Assembly: GCA_963729715.1 (NCBI GenBank)
Contig: CAVSPA010000007.1
Span: forward strand, 64,001 to 128,000
Direction: 5' to 3'
Length of the DNA stretch: 64,000 nucleotides
Source: an uncultured delta proteobacterium
GTDB lineage: Bacteria > Desulfobacterota > Syntrophia > Syntrophales > UBA2185
The notes under the pieces were generated by a model. That model ran no database searches. It saw only the letters and a list, made by a program, of their open reading frames with translations, and was not told the DNA's origin. Position numbers and translations under genes: made by a program. This document shows positions 19,274 to 29,265 of the stretch, in pieces; positions within the stretch are counted from its first letter, which is position 1, and the number at the start of each line of letters is the position of its first letter.

Positions 19274-20291
19274 CCTTGTTCTCCTCCAGGAAAGAATCGA
19301 GTGTCATCCTCAGTGCGTCCTTCAAGCCTATCTTAGGTTCCCAATCCAAGAGCTTTTTTGCCTTCTCAATGCTCGGTTTCCTCGAATAGATATCCTGGTA
19401 GCCTTTGCCGTAGTAAGATATGGCGGATGCTTCGATAATTTCCGAGTATGCCTTGTCATTTCTGTGGTCCCGATGGGCCATAAAGAGATTCTTCAAAATA
19501 TCTGCCAATTCCTTCACGGAACATTCATTGTCGGGATTTCCGATGTTGATGATCTCGCTTTTGCACGCATCATTTCTGTTTTCCAGGATTTTCATCAATG
19601 CGGAGATGCCGTCATCCACATAGGTAAAACATCGCTTCTGATGGCCGCCGTCAACGAGCGATATCGGGCGCTTCATAAGCAGTTCGGCGATGAATTGTGT
19701 GACAACTCTGGAACTCCCCTCTTTGGCCACGTCGAGGGAATCCAGCCGCGGTCCGATCCAGTTGAAGGGTCGAAACAGCGTGAATTCAAGATGCCCGCGG
19801 GTGCCGTAGGCATAGATCACGCGGTCCAGGAGCTGCTTGCAGCATGAGTAAATCCAGCGCTCTTTTTGAATCGGCCCGACAACCAGAAAACTCTCGTCCT
19901 CTTTGAATTCGGGGTCATTGCAGGCGCCATAGACCTCGGACGTAGAGGGGAATACAACACGCTTATGATACTTAACACATTGTTTGACAACGCCCAGATT
20001 CATCTCAAAGTCGAGGTTGTATACGCCGATGGGGTCTTCAACATAGAGTTTGGGGGTCGCAATGGCGACAAGTGGCAATACGACGTCACATTTCTTTATG
20101 TGATACTCAATCCATTCCTTGTTGATCGCCATATCACCCTCAAGGAAATGGAAATGAGGATTGTTCACGGCTTCACCGAGGCGATCGTTGGCAAGGTCCA
20201 TGCCGTAGACGATCCAGTCTGTTTGAGCGAGAATCCGGTTGGTCAAGTGATGACCGATAAATCCATTTACCCCAAGAATTAATATCTTCAT
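19263..20291 (-). CDS. arnA: UDP-glucuronic acid oxidase/decarboxylase (ArnA C-terminal module as a separate gene)
   Basis: GVNGFIG, PLVAIATP, STSEVYG, RWIYSCCK and RPFNWIGPRLD motifs. Confidence 0.93.
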   Translation of the reverse strand: MKILILGVNGFIGHHLTNRILAQTDWIVYGMDLANDRLGEAVNNPHFHFLEGDMAINKEWIEYHIKKCDVVLPLVAIATPKLYVEDPIGVYNLDFEMNLGVVKQCVKYHKRVVFPSTSEVYGACNDPEFKEDESFLVVGPIQKERWIYSCCKQLLDRVIYAYGTRGHLEFTLFRPFNWIGPRLDSLDVAKEGSSRVVTQFIAELLMKRPISLVDGGHQKRCFTYVDDGISALMKILENRNDACKSEIINIGNPDNECSVKELADILKNLFMAHRDHRNDKAYSEIIEASAISYYGKGYQDIYSRKPSIEKAKKLLDWEPKIGLKDALRMTLDSFLEENKGAV

Positions 20292-21211
20292 TTTAAGGCT
20301 AACCCTTCTTTATTTTTAAAATAGTTAAAAATTTGGCCGCGTTTCATTCTCGACCCCGCGATCTCAATATCTACAAGCTTCAACCTGCCGTCTCCCGTTC
20401 CGACAAAGACATTCTCATTTTCAATCTCTATTCGTCCGGGAGTAAGGTCATTCCTACCCCCCCCTTCAGGACGGGCCCACCAGATAAATATTTTTCCGGC
20501 TCCGGGTAGGAAGCCAAAGGCGCCCGGATACGGCTCGGTTACGGCCCGGATGAGATTGTAGATCCTCAGGGCAGACCAGCTCCAGTCAATGCGCCCATCA
20601 TCCGGCCTCCGTCCGCCGTAATAGCTTCCCTTCGTCAGATCCTGCGGAATCCGTGGGGATCTGCCTTCCCGGATAAGAGGCAGGACTTCTGAGAGCATTT
20701 CCCTCGCCGCCCCGCAAAGCTTGTCATACAAGGTCCTGGCGGTGTCTTCAAATTCTATTTCAACCGCCTTCTGACCGACGATGTCGCCTGCGTCCGGTTT
20801 TCCGATCATATGATGGAGTGTAACCCCGGTCTCCCTCTCTCCGTTTATGATGGCCCAGTTTACGGGAGATCTCCCCCGGTAAGCCGGCAGAAGCGACCCA
20901 TGGAGGTTGTATGCGCCTGACGGCGGTATCTGCAACATGTCCTGACTCAGCATATGCCGAAAGTAGAAGGAAAAGATTACCTCGGGAGCAAGACGTGAAA
21001 CTTTCTCTATCCAAGCGGGCGTATTCACATCAAGGGGACAGAATACCTCGACATGATTCTTATTTGCCCATTCAACGACGGAATCAAACCAGCAATTTTC
21101 CCCGGTGTCGTCTTCATGCGAAAAAATCGCCGCGATGTCAAAACCAGCTTTCTTCAGGGCTTCAAGCCCACAAATACCCATGTTGTGGTATGCAAATACA
21201 ACCACCCTCAT
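20288..21211 (-). CDS. arnA: UDP-4-amino-4-deoxy-L-arabinose formyltransferase (ArnA N-terminal module as a separate gene)
   Basis: VFAYHNMG, FSFYFR, NLHGSLLPAYRG and DAGDI motifs. Confidence 0.9.
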   Translation of the reverse strand: MRVVVFAYHNMGICGLEALKKAGFDIAAIFSHEDDTGENCWFDSVVEWANKNHVEVFCPLDVNTPAWIEKVSRLAPEVIFSFYFRHMLSQDMLQIPPSGAYNLHGSLLPAYRGRSPVNWAIINGERETGVTLHHMIGKPDAGDIVGQKAVEIEFEDTARTLYDKLCGAAREMLSEVLPLIREGRSPRIPQDLTKGSYYGGRRPDDGRIDWSWSALRIYNLIRAVTEPYPGAFGFLPGAGKIFIWWARPEGGGRNDLTPGRIEIENENVFVGTGDGRLKLVDIEIAGSRMKRGQIFNYFKNKEGLALK

Positions 21212-22167
21212 TGCGTCTGCCTTGCGCTTTCCGACGAGTGGACCTTTTCAATAACATACTCCGGCCTTTTTCTCACTTCACTGTATATCCGTCCAATGTA
21301 TTCACCTACGATGCCGAAGGCAAAGAACTGCAGTCCCACAAAAACAAACAGAATGGCAAATAATGTAAAAACACCTTCAGCAGCCCACAGGGCGCCATAC
21401 ATAATTCTCGCAACTGCAAGGAAGATGCCGAAGCAGACACCACCGAGAGCCATAAATATGCCCCCGTACATGAGGAGCTTCATGGGCAGATCAGAAAATG
21501 AGGAGACGAGGTCAAACTGAAGGTTGATGAGCTTTCGGAGAGGATAGTGAGATGTGCCGCCGGCCCTCTCATCGTGGGCAACCTCAATTTCTGTCACACG
21601 CTTGCCAAAAAATGTCGCCAATGCCGGAATGAACGTTGCGTGTTCGTGGCAGGCGATCATGCGATCGACCACAGGGCGCCGGTAGGCCCGGAGCATGCAG
21701 CCCCAGTCGGTCATCCTTACCTTAGTGATCCTTCTCGCAATGATGTTGATAATCTTTGACGGTATGATCCTGAACATGGAATCCTTGCGTCCTTTTCTTA
21801 TTGTGCCCACCACATCATAGCTGCCCCCTTCCATCTCATTCACAAGCTTCGGTATCTCTTCGGGAGGATTCTGGAGATCCGCATCCAGCGTGATTACGAT
21901 ATCGCCTCTTACCACGGAAAATCCGGCAAGGATCGCCGCGTGCTGTCCATAATTTCTGACAAGCTCTACAACCTTCACCTCTGGATCACCGGCAAGGCCC
22001 TTCAATATGGAGAGGGAACTGTCACGGCTGCCGTCGTCAACAAGAATTATCTCATACGGCCTCCCCATGCCTTGCATTACCGGCCGGATGCGCTCCATGA
22101 GGCTACGCAGGTTCTCCTCTTCATTATAGACGGGAATGACCAGGGAAATCATCTGTTGTGAACTCAT
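21208..22167 (-). CDS. arnC: Undecaprenyl-phosphate 4-deoxy-4-formamido-L-arabinose transferase (GT2)
   Basis: IPVYNE, DDGSRD, RNYGQH and DADLQNPPE motifs; two C-terminal TM helices; alternative start 22194. Confidence 0.9.
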   Translation of the reverse strand: MSSQQMISLVIPVYNEEENLRSLMERIRPVMQGMGRPYEIILVDDGSRDSSLSILKGLAGDPEVKVVELVRNYGQHAAILAGFSVVRGDIVITLDADLQNPPEEIPKLVNEMEGGSYDVVGTIRKGRKDSMFRIIPSKIINIIARRITKVRMTDWGCMLRAYRRPVVDRMIACHEHATFIPALATFFGKRVTEIEVAHDERAGGTSHYPLRKLINLQFDLVSSFSDLPMKLLMYGGIFMALGGVCFGIFLAVARIMYGALWAAEGVFTLFAILFVFVGLQFFAFGIVGEYIGRIYSEVRKRPEYVIEKVHSSESARQTQ

Positions 22168-22234
22168 GGGATCGTCCTCATTGTTACAGATCATTCGATC
22201 GCTTATGCATGAGCAAAATGCTTTTGCACGGCTC

Positions 22235-23389
22235 CTAACTTTTCAATATCTCTCTTATGGCTTCACAAACATAGGATACATCATCATTAGACATGCCGGG
22301 AAAGAGAGGCAGGGAAATGATTCTGTCCGCTGCCCTCTCTGTGTCAGGAAGCATTCCTTTTCCTGTTGCAAATTGCTTCCTGATATAACTCAAGCGGTGA
22401 CATGCTGGGAAATGCAGACCGTAGCCGACATTATACTCGGACAGTTTTTCCATGAAGAGTTCCCGATCCATGGAGAGAACCTTCACGATGAACAGGTGCC
22501 AGGCATGAACGTGTGGATATTCAGGCATTCCGGGCAAGTCGAGGCCGCTTACATCTCTTAGCCCTTTCATATAGAGCCCTGCCAGTTCGGCCCTTCTGTG
22601 ATTGATCTCATTTAGCCTCGCGAGTTGCGCAAGCCCGAGGGCTGCCTGCATATCGGGGAGATTGTATTTGAACCCCGGGAGATTAATATCGTACTCGGGG
22701 TTTCCTCCTTTCCCGTAACGTTTCCAAGCGTCTCTCTCAATACCGTGAAATCTCAAAAGCCTTAACTTGGCTTCCAACGCATCGTCTGTGTGCGTAATCA
22801 TCCCGCCCTCACCACTGGTTATGTTCTTTATAGGATGAAAGGAAAAGATGGCTACGTGACGGAACCCTCCTGCATGGACACCCTTATAATAGGTACCGAC
22901 CGCATGGGCTGCATCTTCAATAACCGCGATATTATGGTGCTTTGCTATATCAAGAATCCTGTCCATATCGGCGGGAGCGCCCGCAAAATGAACGGGAATA
23001 ATGGCCTTTGTCTTACGGGTGATTTTCTTCTCTATTATATCCGCGTTGATGTTCAGTGTATCATAATTGACGTCTGTGAAAACTGGCCTCGCCTTGAGCA
23101 TGACAATCATATTTACGGTAGAGGCAAAGGTCATGGACGGTGTGATGATCTCATCTCCTTCCCCAATGCCTAAGGCCAGAAGCATAAGATGCATGCCGGC
23201 TGTCGCAGAAGTCAGGGAGACTGCATGTGATGCCCCGGTCAGTTCGCAGAACTTGTCCTCAAACGCCTTACACACGGGTCCGGTAGTGATCCATCCGGAT
23301 TTGAGGCAATCAATAACGCTCTCAATCTCTCTCTCGCCAATGGAGGGTCTCGACAGGGGCAGGAAATCTTTTCTGACTTTCATATTCAA
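22235..23389 (-). CDS. arnB: UDP-4-amino-4-deoxy-L-arabinose aminotransferase (DegT/DnrJ family)
   Basis: SGWITTGP, SATAG, EDAAHA and FSFHPIKN (PLP lysine). Confidence 0.92.
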   Translation of the reverse strand: MNMKVRKDFLPLSRPSIGEREIESVIDCLKSGWITTGPVCKAFEDKFCELTGASHAVSLTSATAGMHLMLLALGIGEGDEIITPSMTFASTVNMIVMLKARPVFTDVNYDTLNINADIIEKKITRKTKAIIPVHFAGAPADMDRILDIAKHHNIAVIEDAAHAVGTYYKGVHAGGFRHVAIFSFHPIKNITSGEGGMITHTDDALEAKLRLLRFHGIERDAWKRYGKGGNPEYDINLPGFKYNLPDMQAALGLAQLARLNEINHRRAELAGLYMKGLRDVSGLDLPGMPEYPHVHAWHLFIVKVLSMDRELFMEKLSEYNVGYGLHFPACHRLSYIRKQFATGKGMLPDTERAADRIISLPLFPGMSNDDVSYVCEAIREILKS

Positions 23390-23393
23390 TCAG

Positions 23394-25061
23394 TCACTCA
23401 TCTTTCAGATGCACGAGGCTATAATAACCATTATCCCACAGAACATGCAAAAAGGGTGTCTTTTTTTTCAGCTTTTCCACAATTTCGTGTTCCGTCACAC
23501 AATAGATATCCTTCTTTTCATGACAAAGGACAAAAAACATTTCAGAAGTGAGAAAATAATGATTCTTTTCCTCGAGAGTCAGTTTTTCCACGCCTGGCCT
23601 TAACTCACCAATATCATCTACTACTGGCGTTCTCCTCTTACTGTAAAAATCTATACCGTAAAGCGACATCCCGTACTGATATAGTTCGTGATCGGCGGGA
23701 ACGTAGTCTTTTATGATCCTCACAATGGGATATGCCGACTTATACGGCGTCAGGAATTGGGACGCAGGGAATATCAGGGAACTCATAAAAATAAACGAGA
23801 GCACATAAATAGTTATGAACCAGCCGCTTTGCCATTTTCTTCCGATGATCTCAGGCAGAAATATAATCGCAATCTGCACCAGGATAGGGAAGATCACCCA
23901 CGGCAGCCACGTGTGGAAAGGTGTCTCGTGGTTCTTAAGAAAGGGCGGCGCGAGGAGCACGGCGATAAAAAGGACTGATTGCAGGATTACGGGCAGACGG
24001 TTGAGAATCCCTGCATGTTTGCCATAATCGATATTTCTGCTTCGGTCGTCATATGTTCTGAAAATGTGTCCCATAAAAACAGCGATGGGCAGGAAAACTG
24101 GGGCGATATAGGGGATAAGCTTGGAGGAGGAGATAGAAAAGAATAGAAATATGAAGCCTGCCCATGTAAGCAGGAACCGCTTTTCCGCCGTGGCAAAAAG
24201 AGTAAAGAGTTTAGCGCCGCCTTCTTTAACGGCCTTGAAGAGAAAAGCCCACCAGGGCATTGCACCTGCGATGATGATAGGAACGTAAAAATAGAAAGGC
24301 TCGTTTCTCGAGTGCATGGTCGTGGTATATCGAAGGAAATGTTCCTGAACGAAAAAAAACCACAGGAAGTCCTTATTTGCCCTTTGCACAAGGAATAACC
24401 AGGGCCCGGCAACAGCCAAGAAGATTACGATACCCGCCAGTGAGAACAATCGCAGTATTTCGCGCCACCTTCCGGATAACACAAGCCATATTATGACGAT
24501 CGCAGAAGGAAAGACTATCCCGATCAAACCTTTTGTAAGAAAGGCCAGAGCGCAGAAGAGATAGAAGAGATAGATATTTTTTTTCCCGTACGCGCGATCT
24601 GAAAAATATCTGAAGCCAAACCATACGGCAACGGAGACAAAGAATGCGAGAGGCATGTCGAGGATATTAAGGCGTCCGATGGCAAAAGGAAATAAGGAAG
24701 TCGCCAAGACGGCAGCCGCATAAAAACCCGTTTTTTCGCCGTGAAAGAAAGCGCCCATTCTATAAACGAGGAGGATACACCCCCATGCGCAAAGCGCGGA
24801 AAAGAGCCTTGATGAGAATTCATTCTCGCCGAATATCTTGAATGACGTGGCCGTAGCCCAGTAGCACAGCGGCGGCTTTTCGAGGTAGACGGTTCCTTTT
24901 AGATGCGGCGTCACATAATCTCCCGAATGGTTCATTTCACTGGGGACAGCGCTGTAACGCCCTTCATCCGGCTCCATCAAAGGCACAACCGCAAGGAGTG
25001 CCAAATAAATAATGAAGGGCAGGAAGAAAAAAATGATTTTTTTATTTTTGGCCCAATCCAT
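23394..25061 (-). CDS. arnT: ArnT-like lipid A 4-amino-4-deoxy-L-arabinose transferase (GT-C fold)
   Basis: PDEGRY, YLEKPPL, LDMPL, LTKG and SKLIPY motifs; many TM helices; first gene of the arn operon. Confidence 0.85.
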   Translation of the reverse strand: MDWAKNKKIIFFFLPFIIYLALLAVVPLMEPDEGRYSAVPSEMNHSGDYVTPHLKGTVYLEKPPLCYWATATSFKIFGENEFSSRLFSALCAWGCILLVYRMGAFFHGEKTGFYAAAVLATSLFPFAIGRLNILDMPLAFFVSVAVWFGFRYFSDRAYGKKNIYLFYLFCALAFLTKGLIGIVFPSAIVIIWLVLSGRWREILRLFSLAGIVIFLAVAGPWLFLVQRANKDFLWFFFVQEHFLRYTTTMHSRNEPFYFYVPIIIAGAMPWWAFLFKAVKEGGAKLFTLFATAEKRFLLTWAGFIFLFFSISSSKLIPYIAPVFLPIAVFMGHIFRTYDDRSRNIDYGKHAGILNRLPVILQSVLFIAVLLAPPFLKNHETPFHTWLPWVIFPILVQIAIIFLPEIIGRKWQSGWFITIYVLSFIFMSSLIFPASQFLTPYKSAYPIVRIIKDYVPADHELYQYGMSLYGIDFYSKRRTPVVDDIGELRPGVEKLTLEEKNHYFLTSEMFFVLCHEKKDIYCVTEHEIVEKLKKKTPFLHVLWDNGYYSLVHLKDE

Positions 25062-25119
25062 AAGCTGTCAGATACTTTCCTCTTTCGGATTGAATTCGGT
25101 GGCGAGCGCAAACACCCTC

Positions 25120-25141
25120 GCTTGCTGCGGAGAGCTTCAAT
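25120..25141. repeat. Half copy of the REP-like palindrome at 50865-50902
   Basis: GCTTGCTGCGGAGAGCTTCAAT is identical to 50881-50902. Confidence 0.75.
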
Positions 25142-25224
25142 TTAGTAGTTTAAGGTTCTCCCTATTGTCAAGACAAAAAATTACAAATATCCGAAATACG
25201 TGGCCTGGTGTGCCGGCGCGGGTT

Positions 25225-25334
25225 CTAGTGTGACGTCTCACTTATAATTTGTATTTATTGTAATAGTAGCCAGCAGATATCATTCGGCAATTGCCGTATA
25301 ACTAATTAAACTTATTTCTGGGACAAAACACTAG
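25225..25334. mobile_element. Putative MITE with imperfect terminal inverted repeats bounded by CTAG
   Basis: Left end CTAGTGTGACGTCTCACTTATAATTT vs reverse complement of right end CTAGTGTTTTGTCCCAGAAATAAGTT (18/26 identical); AT-rich interior; no ORF. Confidence 0.55.
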
Positions 25335-25474
25335 TTAGGCTCAGCTTGGCTGCTCTCAGGATAATTTGATGGCGAAGATCAAGTCTAATGTTTGCTGTTT
25401 GTTCTTATTGTCTGATATCGCTCTCATCATGGATGATCTGCCGTCCTGCAAAGCCCGTCATTGCCTCTTTACGA

Positions 25475-25503
25475 TTGACACGCAAACATATTTACCCTAT
25501 GTT
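25475..25503 (+). promoter_or_regulatory. Putative sigma-70 promoter
   Basis: TTGACA (25475-25480), 17 bp, TATGTT (25498-25503). Confidence 0.5.
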
Positions 25504-25546
25504 GTTCCCATAGAAGATATTGCGCTGTCTTGATATTTCCCCTAGT

Positions 25547-25720
25547 CATGGCAGTGACTGGCCGCTCGCTCCCACGGCTGCGTATCATGAGTTTGTAACG
25601 AGAATTGTCCCCGAGAAGCATCTGGAGGAGGTTTGGGGGGGAAATGCCTCTAATATTTTTACGAGACTTCCGCAAAACAATAAAGATAATGTTTCAGCAA
25701 ATCGATTTGATGAGGTTTGA
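25547..25720 (+). pseudogene. 3' remnant of an amidohydrolase-family gene
   Basis: Frame reads HGSDWPLAPTAAYHEFVTRIVPEKHLEEVWGGNASNIF, matching the GSDWP...NAxxxF C-terminal signature of Amidohydro_2 proteins; no upstream portion present. Confidence 0.5.
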
Positions 25721-25721
25721 C

Positions 25722-26615
25722 ATGGCCCGGCGCTTAAATTTCTCTATGCTCGCCTCCATTTTTTCTCTTTCGCTCTTCATCCTGCCCTCGTCGTCGTTTG
25801 CGGACTGGACGCCGCTCATTGAACGCCTCGCAGCCGATAATTTCGACGAACAAGTCATAAGAAGAATATTTGACCGCCCAGGCGTAAACTTTGATCCCAG
25901 CGCTATGTCATGCAAGCTGAAGGAGCTCATAAACAAACGGTACAAGAAACAGGATGCTGTTTCCGCCCGCAAAGTCAGGGCTGCATACGCTCGCTTTTTG
26001 AGACCGGAAGTCATTGCCGAAGCGCAAACCTATTTACAGAGGAACAGAGACACTTTGCAGGGAATAACGGAGAACTACTGTGTCCCCAAAGAGATTGTCG
26101 TATCAATACTGCTCGTAGAAACCGGGCTCGGCCGGCATCTCGGTGATCGGAGCGCCTTCAATACGCTGGCAAGTATGGCGCTGTCTTCCGATCTCGAAAC
26201 TATCCGTCCCTATCTTGCGCCTGACCTAGTTACCCGGAGGAGTGAGGAATTTGCAAGGAAACGCTGCCGCCAGAAGGCTGATTGGGCTTACGGAGAACTC
26301 AAGGCCCTGATCAGATATGCCTCGGAAAACGGCATCGACCCCCTCAGTATCCCGGGTTCACTCTATGGCGCAATCGGGATCTGCCAGTTCATGCCGACAC
26401 AGATCTCCGTCTATGGAGTCGATGCCGATAGGGACGGTCGCGTAAACCTCTTTGCGGAACCGGATGCGCTTTACAGCATGGCAAATTACCTTCGCTCCCA
26501 CGGTTGGCGCTGTGACATGAGCGCGAAAAGGCAGCATCGGGTAATCCTCGCTTACAACCACAGTAAGATCTATGCCGATACCGTCCTTACTGTGGCGAAG
26601 AAACTGAGGAAGTAA
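25722..26615 (+). CDS. Lytic murein transglycosylase (MltB/Slt35 family)
   Basis: Signal peptide ending SSFA; catalytic LLVET, GS..GAIG.CQFMP, EF-hand-like DADRDGRV and YNHS motifs; start uncertain. Confidence 0.88.
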   Translation: MARRLNFSMLASIFSLSLFILPSSSFADWTPLIERLAADNFDEQVIRRIFDRPGVNFDPSAMSCKLKELINKRYKKQDAVSARKVRAAYARFLRPEVIAEAQTYLQRNRDTLQGITENYCVPKEIVVSILLVETGLGRHLGDRSAFNTLASMALSSDLETIRPYLAPDLVTRRSEEFARKRCRQKADWAYGELKALIRYASENGIDPLSIPGSLYGAIGICQFMPTQISVYGVDADRDGRVNLFAEPDALYSMANYLRSHGWRCDMSAKRQHRVILAYNHSKIYADTVLTVAKKLRK

Positions 26616-26747
26616 GGTTGAAACGGCTCGGCCGCAGCCGGAATTGATAGGTGTCATTTAGATGGATATTTTAGAGTAACTCTCAGGGTTTCCCGAGAAG
26701 GAGAAAAGAAATGAAATTGGTTTTAATAAGAAGCCGCGCGCGTTATC

Positions 26748-28148
26748 TTATACCTTGAAGGCATCAGGAATTTTTACGGGGACATCTATAGGTCTTATAT
26801 ACTTGGCGACAATATTAGAAGTATTCTTGACGTTCAGCTTTTCAAACAAAAAAGCGAATTGGTTTTCCAACTCCTGACCTATGGCATGGAGCGCCCCTTT
26901 CGGGAGATTCCAAAGCTCCTTCTTAAAAGGACCTAACCCCTTTTTTCTTGTTTTGTAGATAAACTGCTCTTCCGTATCCGTGTCCTTCTTTTCGCCTATC
27001 ATTTTGGATTTTATGTATTCATATATCTCGTCCCTGAGGGCTGCCGGGAAGTGTTTGCTTTCGTAAATCATATTTTGAAACCCTGTCGCCAGATGGATTT
27101 CGGCTGTGCCCGTTTTGGGAAATTTATCGAAGGCCTCGTTGGGGAGCGTCGATGCGCCGTGCTGAACCGCTCCGGCAAGGCCAAACTCCGTCCTCGCAAC
27201 CTCGGATAATTTTTCGAGGGTATTGAAGTCCAGCTTGACCTTGGCGATAGTCCCGTCAGGCAGAGGAACGCCTCCATGCGTGGTGCCGGACTGCACGCTG
27301 ATCTTGCTGATGCCTTTCATATCGCCCCCGTCACTCTTTAGCTCTTCGAGATAGCCTGCCATATAGGCCCGCAGCTCTTCAACAGTGCTGTTCTTTCCGC
27401 CAACTTCACCGATCTCACCACCCACCGAGATCGTCACGCCCGCAGGCTCCAGATCCCGGATCATGGTAGTCAGCTCTGCCGCGAGAGAGAAATTCGCCTC
27501 CTGCTGTTCTTCCACCGTCCGTTTTGACAGGTCTACAAGCGTTGAGGTATCGATATCGATATTGTAGAACCCCGCCTCGATGGCTTCCCAGATCAGGTCT
27601 TTGACCGCCTGCACTTCTTTCCCGGGATCGGATGCAAACTTTTTCGCGTTTACCTGAAAATGATCTCCCTGCAGAAAGAGAGGGCCCTTGTATCCCGTTT
27701 CGATTGCTGCGGCTGTTATCGCTGATGTATATTCGTAAGGACGCTGGGCGGTGTAATCAATTTCAGAACGGGCGATTTCAAAAATTACGGGGCCTACCCT
27801 GTTCTTCATGGCAGCGCGGAAGACAGCCCGGGCGACGTCGTACGTGAGGGCCCGGATGTTGATGGCAGGCACCGTGAAACCCGTCACCTCCTTGCGCCCC
27901 ATTGCCTCATAGAGAGGCATTATGGATGTCGATAAAATACCCATGGCCGCTCCGATCCTTCGTATCAACCACCTTGCCGCTTTTCTAGTATCATCCCGAG
28001 AGCTGAAGACCGCCGTAAATACAAGATGGTCAATGAGAGAATCACGGAGACTTCTCCCATCCAGCACCCTGACATCACCGTCCGAAATTGTGAGCACACC
28101 TTCCAAACCTTTTTTCAATTGATCTATAGTTTCGTAGGTCGTTGCCAT
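26748..28148 (-). CDS. Class II fructose-bisphosphate aldolase family protein (long form)
   Basis: [38 protein letters not shown] and VQHGAS motifs; immediately downstream of fbp. Confidence 0.82.
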   Translation of the reverse strand: MATTYETIDQLKKGLEGVLTISDGDVRVLDGRSLRDSLIDHLVFTAVFSSRDDTRKAARWLIRRIGAAMGILSTSIMPLYEAMGRKEVTGFTVPAINIRALTYDVARAVFRAAMKNRVGPVIFEIARSEIDYTAQRPYEYTSAITAAAIETGYKGPLFLQGDHFQVNAKKFASDPGKEVQAVKDLIWEAIEAGFYNIDIDTSTLVDLSKRTVEEQQEANFSLAAELTTMIRDLEPAGVTISVGGEIGEVGGKNSTVEELRAYMAGYLEELKSDGGDMKGISKISVQSGTTHGGVPLPDGTIAKVKLDFNTLEKLSEVARTEFGLAGAVQHGASTLPNEAFDKFPKTGTAEIHLATGFQNMIYESKHFPAALRDEIYEYIKSKMIGEKKDTDTEEQFIYKTRKKGLGPFKKELWNLPKGALHAIGQELENQFAFLFEKLNVKNTSNIVAKYIRPIDVPVKIPDAFKV

Positions 28149-28163
28149 AGCTCTCGCCCTCCA

Positions 28164-29105
28164 TCAGCCGCTAGCAAGATATTCCTTTGCCTTTTCCACC
28201 TCGAAACGGCTCCCGATGTAGATCGGGCAACGCTGATCCAGGTCTCCCGCCTTGATGGACAGTATATCCCTTTTGCCGTCTGTGGCCATGCCGCCCGCCT
28301 GTTCAATGATGAATGCCATGGGCTGCAGCTCAAACAGAAGTCGCAATTTCCCGTTCGGGCTCTTCTTGAGTGCAGGATATGTGAAGATGCCTCCTCTTTT
28401 TATCAGCACCTGATTTATGTCCGGCACAAACCCTCCGCTGTAACGGAGTTTATACCCTTCCCTCTCGAGGAACTCTATGTACTTGAGGTGGGCCGGGGTC
28501 CATTCTTTTCTCAGCCCTCCGAGGCTGTATATGTCTCCCCGCTCCTTCAAGATTATGTTTTCTTCAGAGAGGACGTATTCGCCTTCCCTGTTCAATACGA
28601 ATTCATGGGTTCCCTTTCCCGCGGAATAGACCATCGTAATCAGAGGGCCATATGTAATATACACGGCCGCTGCCATTGTTTTTTTCCCTTCGGCCAGTAT
28701 GGACTCCTTGTGGATGCCGATTATGGTCCCTATGGCCAGATTGGTATCTACCAGAGATGAGCCGTCAAGCGGGTCGGCCGTAATAAAATATTTCTCATCA
28801 CCTTTTCCGATCTGTATGACTGAATCCTGCTCCTCCGAGGCATACTCCCGGACGAACCCCGAATACTCGAGCTGGTTCTTGAGAATCTCGTCGGCGCTTC
28901 TGTCGAGAGTGAGCTGCTCTTCGTCATAGATATTTTTGAATCCGGCGAGCTTCCGGTTTGACTCATGAATTTTGGCGGAAATGTATTTCCCCATAACTGC
29001 GATCTGCCATATGAGCCTGCGCAACTCCATTTCCACGCTCGCCTTCCACATATGTCTGCGGAGATCCACAGTAAATTTCGTATAATCCGAAATGCCCTCA
29101 CCCAT
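28164..29105 (-). CDS. fbp: Fructose-1,6-bisphosphatase class 1
   Basis: ASEE, DPLDGSS, LRYSG and GKLRLLFE motifs. Confidence 0.94.
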   Translation of the reverse strand: MGEGISDYTKFTVDLRRHMWKASVEMELRRLIWQIAVMGKYISAKIHESNRKLAGFKNIYDEEQLTLDRSADEILKNQLEYSGFVREYASEEQDSVIQIGKGDEKYFITADPLDGSSLVDTNLAIGTIIGIHKESILAEGKKTMAAAVYITYGPLITMVYSAGKGTHEFVLNREGEYVLSEENIILKERGDIYSLGGLRKEWTPAHLKYIEFLEREGYKLRYSGGFVPDINQVLIKRGGIFTYPALKKSPNGKLRLLFELQPMAFIIEQAGGMATDGKRDILSIKAGDLDQRCPIYIGSRFEVEKAKEYLASG

Positions 29106-29265
29106 GATCGTCCATCCTTCTCATATTTTTGTTTTTTGTAACAATAAATCATTCACTTGACAAGTACATTTTCAAGGCTCCTGCCCTGCATTTCAGACGA
29201 AACAAATTGTAACTACGGGCCGGATATGTTATTCTGTTCGGAGACGTAATGTGAGGAGATGATCC

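Noticed and set aside
25504..25721. Riboswitch in the long leader of the lytic transglycosylase
   Set aside because: No recognisable aptamer consensus; an amidohydrolase gene remnant explains the sequence better.
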